Below, one piece after another: positions 50,201 to 62,100 of a DNA stretch of 64,000 bases. Numbering within the stretch: position 1 is the stretch's first letter; every line of letters starts with the position of its first letter. Source of the DNA: Balanoglossus misakiensis. Taxonomy: Eukaryota > Animalia > Hemichordata. The notes beneath the pieces are model-generated. The model had not been told where the DNA came from, ran no database searches, and worked only from the letters and a program-made list of their open reading frames with translations. The stretch is taken from positions 12,060,732-12,124,731 of the forward strand of contig CM082592.2 in NCBI GenBank assembly GCA_040954595.2. The letters are read 5' to 3'. Both the position numbers and the translations under genes were made by a program.

Positions 50201-53200
50201 CAACAGTTAGTTTCTGTTAAACCGACCTCGCCAATTCACATAAAAACATGAAAATTGATATGATTTTCTTTGATAAACATATCTACGGGAGACGCACCTC
50301 ATTTAACATTGGTACAGCGTCGTCCAATCTATCTCCTGCGGTCTCATTAAATGAACGGGAATTCGACAAATATTGACTCGGCGTGACTTCAATGTGACCC
50401 GACAAAGGTCATGCTGGATGCGATTACAAGGCTGAAAACTATTACCTTACTATTGCTATTACTGGTATTGCTTCATTTGGAGATTTTGTAATGTAAGTCT
50501 TGTCGGAGCGAGGGAGACCACTGTGGTTTTTAAGGGGACAAACAGTTTCAACCATTCAAAAGCAGTATGTATCAGGTTGATGTTTTAATTCATCCAGCAT
50601 GCCTGGAATGTTTTGGCGGTGTCTTGATTAAGTCGTCGGGTGTTTTTTTTTTTTCCTTTTGATTTACCTGATCATAAAATACCGTTTTCAATTGAACGAC
50701 AAAGGAGACAAAAATGTTGGTTCTTTGTTGGATGGGGTACAATAGTCGGTCTGTTTGTAAACAGGTTGAAAGTGAGCGCAACGTGAGAAATCGATGAGTT
50801 TTTGGAGGAAGCAGGGTAAGGGTGGCCATACCGACTCGGCGGAAACTGGCATACCTGACTGGCCAGTGACACCTTGTGCGTTGAGGCGATGTCTTCCGCG
50901 TGGCAAGCTTCACCGCCACAGAACACAATGCCAAGCGATGATTTAAAGGACCGCAAGTCGACAGCCAACTTCTGACCACACACTGTTTCTCATTCTAGAG
51001 AATGTTCACATTTTGAAAGGCCGCAGAATTGTCAACTATATGTAGTTAGCAGATTTGTCTCTGACAAAACACGGGCAATTGGCAATTTCAAGCAACAAAC
51101 TTTCCCACATATTCACACGATCACCGAACACACAGACCACAGAAATATTTGACGTACAGTGGGTTATTTCAGCGTTTTCTGATTTTGATTTAATAGTAAC
51201 TGCGTCACGGTAGTATTAATATACAATTCCACGGTACTGACATGATAAAGGAACATCTCTTTCCCCGCAGTTATCACATTTTGTTCTCATCGGAATTCGC
51301 TGCCCCCGCCTCCCCCCCCCCCCCCAAAAAAAATCATCCTATTGTTTTGTTGCATCAGCATGATGACTCACCACTTTACTGCTAAAAAGGATATTGCATA
51401 ACTTGATGGAAAAGTGTCTGTAAAAAGAACCCAATCTTTTGCTTCTGTTGTTTAACGACTCAATTAATTAACAGTCTCTCCCTCCGAAAGAATGTGGACA
51501 TGTTAAGCCTCTCAGGATAGGTAACATTATCGGTGGGAAGGGGAGGGGGAGAAAGTGCCGAGTCACCGAGATTTGAAGAGCCGCCCCGGGAAAGACTTTG
51601 TTTGAAGACTGCCTCGCCGACAACACCCACTATGTGGCACGTTAAAATGGACTTTAAGACCTTAAAATCATGAAAAGCAGGTGTCGTAATGGGTTTTGTC
51701 TTGCCCTTTGAATTGAATCTTGACTCAGACCTACCGGCCGCGTAACAACTGAGGCATCGCAACAACCGTTACGTATTACATGTATTCCACTTGGTTGCTG
51801 GTCTAGGCTTACAGCGGTGTTCATTGGTTGGTTGGTCCTGGTTGGTTCCGCGCTTGGTTGGTTGGCCCTGGTTGCTACACGCTCAGCGTATGCTGTAATG
51901 TTCACTCCGAGGGTCACCGCACCAGACATTCTCCGATTTATCTTATTTTAAATACAAATGAAGTATAGACTGACGACGATTGCTTTGTATGAGGAGGCAT
52001 GTTGAAGCATCACATGCACATACTGTAATTGTCCGCATTGGAGATTATAAATTGGTGTTGATGTGACCTACACAAACGACAGAGCGCCAGGGTTGATGCA
52101 CTAAAACCTGTCCACGTACATATCATTCGAAAGAGCCACATGTACACGGTGCAACAAGAGTATAGTCTCAGTCATGATTAAAATTTCAAAAATACACTTC
52201 ATCAACAGTTGTGACTTGGTAACGTTTTGCACAATCCCTTTCCTTTGATATCTAGGACGAAGTTGCTGCATGTCGGCACTTTTCCCCGCTCCCATATTTC
52301 TGGTCGCAACTACTTGTATAATTCATTCCCTTTCTGATTCGGGAATACGTAAATTCTCGACAGAGGACTTTCACGAATATTTACGATTGTTTCTTAACGG
52401 TGCTTTCATATACCCTGGAGGGTCTTCCAGGGTCTAGTCTTGTGGTGATGTACACGTGTTTGCCCGCCATAGTGCCAGCGAAGGCCTTGGGGGTTGTCTC
52501 CATTTCACTTTATCATTGGTAGCTTATTTTCAATATGTACATTTACGACTTGGCGCACGTGGGTGTACCCAAAGGGTTCTCCACGATGTCCAAACATGTA
52601 ACCAGGTCAAGGTTGAAGGTCAGGGTCAAAAACTTCAAGGTCGGTGGCCCATATGGCCGCAGTGGATCCAGGGCCTGACAGTATCCCTGAACTATCGCGT
52701 ACGTGCGAAACACCAGAGATGTTTTACCGATGATTCCATTCATTTTTGCAATGACCTTTGCTTCTGAAGATGACTTTGATGTCTACAAAGGGTCTATGCA
52801 AATCCACAAACAAAGAGAAAGTTGTTTTCTCTTTGTCTTTGGTTTGAAAGAAATACCGACGCGACTTTTGTTGCAGTTTTGTACATGTATGTTATTTCTA
52901 CCCGTTCTTATCTCAACTCAAATATTCTGTTGTGAATTGTTGGATAATTAACAATCGATAATTTAACAATCGATTAAGTAGAACGAGCCTTTCAAATAAA
53001 ACGGGGAGATGACGTCGGAAGAGCGTGACCAATTCTTAGCTAAGGTGACCTTCTTTGAAAAGGTGCGGTTTTGTCAGAATCTCTATGGGCTACGCATCAT
53101 CGACCATGGTCACGTGACAACATGCCAACCGATTATGGTGTCTGTCTCCTGAATCACAATGCAATGTGAATCTCGGTCAGCTGATCAGGCGATGTCTATT

Positions 53201-56200
53201 GTCAGTGTAACTATTTAAATGTGCAAATCACCCGGTTCGACCTGGAAGTGACCGCTATCGCGATCGCCACGTGTTTGCGATTTCTCGATGAATGTACACA
53301 CGTCGGATACTACCATTGAGTCAATCATCTAACGATAGGTTTCCCTCAAACATCATAGCCAGACTGAAGCTCGTCATACCCGGCCGCGGGCACCTATCCT
53401 AAGTTCCTTTACATGTGAACGATGATACATGGTTTACAAAACTTACAGTCAACTAAAACAAGTTTCTTTGTGTCTCTTCCCTGGAAATAAAACTGGTTCC
53501 CTTCGGACATGGATACCCATTTCCCCCACAGAGTAGCACCATCGGGAGACAAATTTATTTCATTTACATTTCCAAGATCTACCTGCTTCTCGTTCTACAA
53601 ATCCCAAACCACCAATTACGATACAAGCAATAAAGAGCATGATGAGTCATGTCTTAGTTCAGGTTTGTGGGTCGCGTTGATTGATTTATTCGATGTGGGT
53701 CTAATATAAATACTACTTGAGGCTCACAAAAGAAACCAATTCAGTTTTATGGAAAAAGCCGAGTTCTTTCTTATTCAGAGCCGACACGATGACAACTTCC
53801 GAGTGGATGATAGTCATAACGCCCACTCGTTTTCTGAAGCCTCCCTCACTATTCAACGTGTTTTGGTGACTCCCGACGAGTGGTGCCATGACTCAGTAGC
53901 TTGTCACAGTTTTAGTGACGAAGCGTTGATCGAAGTTCAATTTCACATCATGAACACAAACGGGGGTGCCGTCGGAAGCGGAAACGACCCTGAGATCCTA
54001 ATTGAGTTTCCGATCACACGTCACCGATATTGGCCTCCGACAGATACCGATTCACGCCGAGTGTGTACGAGCGCGGTCGCACGGTTTCTCGACCACGCCT
54101 GATCAAGCCGGCTTCGTTCTTTCGTGATGACTGACTCAGGGAACATAAAGAAATAAGGATGGGCCAAAGGGAAATAAATGAGAAGAGAAATTTTGACAGA
54201 TTCTAGATTCTATTTGTTCGACCCCTTTTAACAAGAACGACACAGATACATATCTCTTGGTAATTCTCGATGGAAAGGATCCTATGTGATTGAAACTAAG
54301 TCACCCAAAAATTCTGAACTGATTCCTAACTACCGATCTCTAAATGGTAGTTACGCCTTGTTGGGGGCGGGTTCCCACGTGCGTCTGGTGGACGAATTGT
54401 CCCCACCTTTCGAATATCTACTGTATTCACGTCAATTGCTCAATTTTGATTTTCATATCTTCCAAATGCGAAAGAAAATTATATAAAGTGCAGTATCGAT
54501 TGAAGGATACCAGTCCATTATCTCCCTTCTCGCTGTCTTCGCATGTATTGTCGAGGTGTAATTTGTCTTTCGCGTAGGACGGAAAAGGGCAAAAGGCGAA
54601 TCTATTGCGAATAAATTTCGCACATTACCAATTCCGTCGTCCTCAATCATATAGTGACGTCAAATGAATGTACTGAGAATTAGGATTATAGCACAAGGCG
54701 TCTAAATTATTGCTGACATGGGATCATATAGATACATATAAATCATAGAAATACATAATTGGCCAATTGAAGTATGTCGGACAGTAGGAAATGTCAAATT
54801 ATGACACATTGTATTCTTGCTGAAAATTAATTTGCTGTTGATGGCATATTGTAAGCCTACGTGCGATTCGAACAGTATTTGACCGCTTTAAGGCAGTGTG
54901 TACAGGTGGGCTTGAATCCAAATGCCATTTCTTTCCCCTTTCTCGTATTACTGAAAGTCAAGATGTTTGAACCCTGTCTCGAATTCAGTCACGTGCTTTG
55001 CAACACGGGATCATACACACGTCGACGTAACTGTAAAATCCCAAGAACCTTTACACCGCTCACGATTTTGCCTCGTGATCGAAACAACCGTCAAGTCGTG
55101 ATTAGGTAATATCTTAAAGGTAAAGGAAACTCTATGGTCTGGCACCGTGATCATGAAGGCATACACCACGTGCGGTGGGCAGTCACGTGGCACGTGACGA
55201 TTTCACGCCGACATGTGAGGGCCGAGGTTACATGCATATGATGTTTTTGTGTTTTAAGTGAAACTATCCGTATTTATAAGGTAGGTTGGTGTACTGAACT
55301 TCTAAATTTATTGAAAAGAGCGTAAAATGACAGTTATTGCCTTGAAAACAACTTGTTGATGTTGATACTGCATCGATAATTTAGGAGAAATTGGGGGACA
55401 TTTTTCATGGTGTCCATTCCGACACTGAGATTTTTGAAAATGTTTACTGCAAGCTAGACATGTTGATCTCACGCTTTCAACATCAACTCACGGAAGTCAT
55501 TCTCATAAAAATGCTGACGGAAATATTACTTGTGTTCAGTCTCGCTATGTTTTACGTGCTTTCATCGGCGTCTCGCTGGCCGACCATGGTCAAAGCAGTA
55601 CAGCGATGTTTGTGGCGGGCACGTACGACCATGACGAATACGATAATGGATGGTGATGTGTGTGTTGGGGTGGGATTGGGTGGGATGCTCCGCCAGGGAG
55701 GGCCTTTCATTTTTGGTTGGAACTTCATAGCCGCGTTTCCCAATTTATTGTTTTGACCCCCAGGTTAAATTATGTCTGTATCAGCCGTCGACAAAACAAG
55801 CACCGCACATCATTTACGACAATAAATATTTCACACGAAATTTTTCTGGACAATAACAATAACGGGTGTCTTGGCCCAGGTGTATTTCTCGGCTAAGCTG
55901 CACAAAATCTTTTTCAAGAATGATTTCTTTTTGTAGTTACGATTTTAAATGATCAAACTGATTTTTATTGCTTGGACTAGTTGCATAACTCCAAGCAGTC
56001 CACCAGAAAATTGACACGTCCGATTTCTACAAGTTAAAGTTGAAATGTAACTGAAGCCGTATTAAACTGTGAGGTCATACAGAGATTCCGTAAGAAGGTA
56101 TTTTGACGACAGACTTCGCTGAATTTTTGCCACTGTTTGTATTTATTTCAGAGTTTTGAACCAAGATGAACAATTTAATGTAAAAACAGCCACGGCACTG

Positions 56201-59034
56201 GCACTGAGAGAACAGACGTTCGAATTCTGTCACGTGTGAAACAGAGCAGAACCGCGAAGTTGATATATACGCATATGTGACGTCATACACTGTGAAAATA
56301 ACTTCAGTGCTCACTCGTTGGGTTCCGGTGCTTCGCGGAGCGGATGTATCTCTGCGTTCACTTTATTTTGATGAACTCGTGTGTGCGTGTATATACTGGA
56401 AGTATCTCCAGTGGCCTCAGGTACCGCCATGTGTAAATTTGTGAAAAATAAGCTTTCCCCTTGACATCATCGATAATGAATCAATGTTGACGTCATCTCA
56501 CGCTGTACATAACATTTTTCCGGTTCCGTGTTTCTATTTCCATCCATCGACAACAACACTTCAACATGCCGTGATGACCGATAAAATATATGAACCGGGC
56601 GACTTCCGCCTGCCTCGCCAAATACGGTAAAAACTCCTTTCCGGGGTCGGCATAGTAATCTAATATTGACTGTGTTGCAACACCCTAAAACACGACAAGA
56701 ATGCCAAGTTGAACTTTGGTCCATTCTCATTTTTTCTGTCGAAACTCATTTCAAAAATAAAATGTGCCTGGATCCATTAAATTCATAATCACTTTGTCGT
56801 TTTTGTACCCCTTAATCGCCATTTTTATTTTACATGGAAAGTTTGTCATATTATACTAGAAAAACTCCAGAAAGCGCAGAAATCAACGTATTATGTAGTA
56901 CATTTATTATCAATTGACAATGCATCTTCATCTAAAATTGGCGACGGACGTAATCAAAACGGGTCATAATATTTCGGTCACCCTGGTTTATTAAAATCCT
57001 CATTTTATAAATATCATTTTGTTAGTAGTTCCAAACGACATGTCCGAAGGTAGTGAGTTGACGGGTTTAGAAGTGTTTGTTGTATCTAAGACGATCGAAA
57101 CGCATCTGCGCAGTCTCTGTTTGAAAACCCGCAAACTGTTGTCGGAAATACTATCCAAGCTTTCTCATCCACAGAGTGAAAATATTTGCGTGGTCGTGAG
57201 ACCTTTGCTCCGTTTCCTCGATATGTGTACGTTGTACATGCCACTGTTGGCCTTCCGTGTTTACCAACAAATAAACCCAAATTAGCGGTGAGTGGTCTGT
57301 TTAACAATTCAACAAAACGCTCGTGGTAGTCGCCTGCCAGCATATTTCTCACACCCAAGCTCTTTCTGGATACGGGGCTTGGTACATCGGAAGTAAACAG
57401 CGGCCCCAGTCAGGTCTTTGAAAATGGGTACTGTACTTACCGTATTCCGTGAGGCAATTAAATCACCCGACTTGCCATTTTTTGGAAATGATCAGGCAAA
57501 CCCATTCGCACAACGTACCGTGGATAGTTTGAAATTAACGTTGCGAAGGGAGGTTTTTTATTTATACGACCGGTTCAGTTTCCCTGAAACCTTACGTCGA
57601 GTCCCCTCCATTGACGTAATACCACGTAGGTCTCCATAACCTATGGTCCTTTGTGTGTGTGAGCGCGCAGACCACGATGTGTAAAAGGCCTTTGAATTAC
57701 GATTCGTAGAAACTGGGACATGGTGCGCAGTTAACTTCCAAGAACCTTAGCTCGATCAGACCACGGCGATTGCGGCGTTGTTTACAACCCGAAAATAAAT
57801 TATAATAAAGAAAAAAACCTGCTGTTTCAGATTGGTCGTGTTTTTGTGTGTGTACCCATCAGATGTTTCACAGTTCCAAAGACATAAACTACTATGCCAT
57901 TTATGTCTATAGAACTGGGACTACTCTCTGCATTGGCCGTGTCACCATGAGAAAGTGGGTCACTCTCGGATAAGCAGGACACGTTGTGTATGCCAACAGG
58001 TTCTTGTAACATTGCTTGGAGGCGGTCGCAGGTTGAACCATATAGCTGCTCGAACTTTCGCCTGGTAATTGCATGTTGGTACGGAAAACCAATACTGCAT
58101 CTTGTCGAGCCGTAGTGGTGGTATAGAACGCTAATTCAAGTAATTTTACGAGAATCTGTGTGAATCCCGGGGTGCGGTATACGAACTACACTTCGCCAGT
58201 GATCCCAATTAATGTTCATGACGAAAGTTTCTGTACCAAAATATTACCTTAAGCTTGTTTCAATGTATTGAGAGCAGATGCTGTCTAAATATTTTCCACA
58301 TAACTCGACTGAGTGAAAGGCTAAAATTTACACGCGTCGACCATTGAAAAGAGCCGAATGAGAGGTGCCTGGGAGATTATGAGGGTGGTGGGTTCTATCA
58401 ACTGTTCATATTTCTTTAGCTTTCCAAGAAACTAGAAAACTAGGACGGGTTATGTCATATAGATATTGACTTTTGTTTTTGATAAATTCCACGACCATAC
58501 TCGTGAACCCAAATAAATGATGTTCGAACGGCTACTACTAATAAATCAAGGAACTTGACTACTTTCACTGTTTATCAGGAATAAGTTTTGTCAGACCATT
58601 TAGATTAGACCTCTTGTTTGTGACATTAAGTTGAGACATTATGTACCATGTACTTGAAAACATGTTTTACATGTGACTTTTCAATAATCTAAACTAAAAA
58701 ATGGCATCTCTTCAATTTTCCCGGCGTCGTCGCATAAAGTACTTAGTATTACCAAAATTTCAATTATTGTAGTAAAATTAAATCTTGGCACTTGTAGATT
58801 GCGCTTACAAAGAAGTTGAAATTTTTCCATCCAATGAAAAAGACATTATTTTCATTTTATAAGAAAGTGCCAATATGTATTAATAGTCAGTCTCAGACTA
58901 CAAACCAGACACATTTTGATCAAATTTCTACAGATTCAACACCTGTCAGGATCGTCTACAGTTTGATTAGACTGGTCGAATTTAGACGTAAAAAAGTTGA
59001 TAATACTAATCGAAATGTAAAATTATGAGCCAGG

Positions 59035-59103
59035 TGAATGAATGAATGAATGAATGAATGAATGAATGAATGAATGAATGAATGAATGAATGAATGAATG
59101 AAT
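59035..59103. repeat. (TGAA)17 microsatellite
   Basis: Direct reading. Ends about 60-70 bp before the satellite. Confidence 0.95.
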
Positions 59104-59159
59104 ATGCATCAGGGTTTGGTTGCATCTGCTCGACTATAACCCACTTACCCCTCTTGGTT

Positions 59160-62100
59160 ATCATTATTTCACATTTTCATGGGTTATAGCTCATGAAAAT
59201 CATCAAAAATAATTGAAAACTTTTCCATTTTGCAAAATCGTCATTTTTTCACATATCATGGGTTATAGCTCATGAAAATCGTCGAAAATGACGATTTTCG
59301 GACTTTGCGAATTTTCAAAATTTGGTCATTTTTTGAAAAAATCATGGGTTATAGCTCAGGAAAATCGTCAAAAATCGACGATTTTTCGACTTTGCGAATT
59401 TTGAAAATTTGGTCATTTTTTGAAAAAAATCATGGGTTATAGCTCAGGAAAATCGTCAAAAATCGACGATTTTTCGACTTTGCGAATTTTGAAAATTTGG
59501 TCATTTTTTGAAAAAATCATGGGTTATAGCTCAGGAAAATCGTCAAAAATCGAAGATTTTTCGACTTTGCGAATTTTGAAAATTTGGTCATTTTTTGAAA
59601 AAATCATGGGTTATAGCTCAGGAAAATCGTCAAAAATCGACGATTTTTCGACTTTGCGAATTTTGAAAATTTGGTCATTTTTTGAAAAAATCATGGGTTA
59701 TAGCTCAGGAAAATCGTCAAAAATCGACGATTTTTCGACTTTGCGAATTTTGAAAATTTGGTCATTTTTTGAAAAAATCATGGGTTATAGCTCAGGAAAA
59801 TCGTCAAAAATCGACGATTTTTCGACTTTGCGAATTTTGAAAATTTGGTCATTTTTTGAAAAAATCATGGGTTATAGCTCAGGAAAATGTTGAAAAATCG
59901 ACGATTTTTCGACTTTGCGAATTTTGAAAATTTGGTCATTTTTTGAAAAAATCATGGGTTATAGCTCAGGAAAATCGTCAAAAATCGACGATTTTTCGAC
60001 TTTGCGAATTTTGAAAATTTGGTCATTTTTTGAAAAAATCATGGGTTATAGGTCAGGAAAATCGTCAAAAATCGACGATTTTTCGACTTTGCGAATTTTG
60101 AAAATTTGGTCATTTTTTGAAAAAATCATGGGTTATAGCTCAGGAAAATCGTCAAAAATCGACGATTTTTCGACTTTGCGAATTTTGAAAATTTGGTCAT
60201 TTTTTGAAAAAATCATGGGTTATAGCTCAGGAAAATCGTCAAAAATCGACGATTTTTCGACTTTGCGAATTTTGAAAATTTGGTCATTTTTTGAAAAAAT
60301 CATGGGTTATAGCTCAGGAAAATCGTCAAAAATCGACGATTTTTTCGACTTTGCGAATTTTGAAAATTTGGTCATTTTTTGAAAAAATCATGGGTTATAG
60401 CTCAGGAAAATCGTCAAAAATCGACGATTTTTCGACTTTGCGAATTTTGAAAATTTGGTCATTTTTTGAAAAAATCATGGGTTATAGCTCAGGAAAATGT
60501 TGAAAAATCGACGATTTTTCGACTTTGCGAATTTTGAAAATTTGGTCATTTTTTGAAAAAATCATGGGTTATAGCTCAGGAAAATGTTGAAAAATCGACG
60601 ATTTTTCGACTTTGCGAATTTTGAAAATTTGGTCATTTTTTGAAAAAATCATGGGTTATAGCTCAGGAAAATCGTCAAAAATCGACGATTTTTCGACTTT
60701 GCGAATTTTGAAAATTTGGTCATTTTTTGAAAAAATCATGGGTTATAGCTCAGGAAAATCGTCAAAAATCGACGATTTTTCGACTTTGCGAATTTTGAAA
60801 ATTTGGTCATTTTTTGAAAAAATCATGGGTTATAGCTCAGGAAAATCGTCAAAAATCGACGATTTTTCGACTTTGCGAATTTTGAAAATTTGGTCATTTT
60901 TTGAAAAAATCATGGGTTATAGCTCAGGAAAATGTTGAAAAATCGACGATTTTTCGACTTTGCGAATTTTGAAAATTTGGTCATTTTTTGAAAAAATCAT
61001 GGGTTATAGCTCAGGAAAATCGTCAAAAATCGACGATTTTTCGACTTTGCGAATTTTGAAAATTTGGTCATTTTTTGAAAAAATCATGGGTTATAGCTCA
61101 GGAAAATGTTGAAAAATCGACGATTTTTCGACTTTGCGAATTTTGAAAATTTGGTCATTTTTTGAAAAAATCATGGGTTATAGCTCAGGAAAATCGTCAA
61201 AAATCGACGATTTTTCGACTTTGCGAATTTTGAAAATTTGGTCATTTTTTGAAAAAATCATGGGTTATAGCTCAGGAAAATGTTGAAAAATCGACGATTT
61301 TTCGACTTTGCGAATTTTGAAAATTTGGTCATTTTTTGAAAAAATCATGGGTTATAGCTCAGGAAAATCGTCAAAAATCGACGATTTTTCGACTTTGCGA
61401 ATTTTGAAAATTTGGTCATTTTTTGAAAAAATCATGGGTTATAGCTCAGGAAAATGTTGAAAAATCGACGATTTTTCGACTTTGCGAATTTTGAAAATTT
61501 GGTCATTTTTTGAAAAAATCATGGGTTATAGCTCAGGAAAATGTTGAAAAATCGACGATTTTTCGCTTTTGCGAATTTTGAAAATTTGGTCATTTTTTGA
61601 AAAAATCATGGGTTATAGCTCAGGAAAATGTTGAAAAATCGACGATTTTTCTTGCGAATTTTGAAAATTTGGTCATTTTTTGAAAAAATCATGGGTTATA
61701 GCTCAGGAAAATCGTCAAAAATCGACGATTTTTCGACTTTGCGAATTTTGAAAATTTGGTCATTTTTTGAAAAAATCATGGGTTATAGCTCAGGAAAATG
61801 TTGAAAAATCGACGATTTTTCGACTTTGCGAATTTTGAAAATTTGGTCATTTTTTGAAAAAATCATGGGTTATAGCTCAGGAAAATCGTCAAAAATCGAC
61901 GATTTTTCGACTTTGCGAATTTTGAAAATTTGGTCATTTTTTGAAAAAATCATGGGTTATAGCTCAGGAAAATGTTGAAAAATCGACGATTTTTCGACTT
62001 TGCGAATTTTGAAAATTTGGTCATTTTTTGAAAAAATCATGGGTTATAGCTCAGGAAAATCGTCAAAAATCGACGATTTTTCGACTTTGCGAATTTTGAA

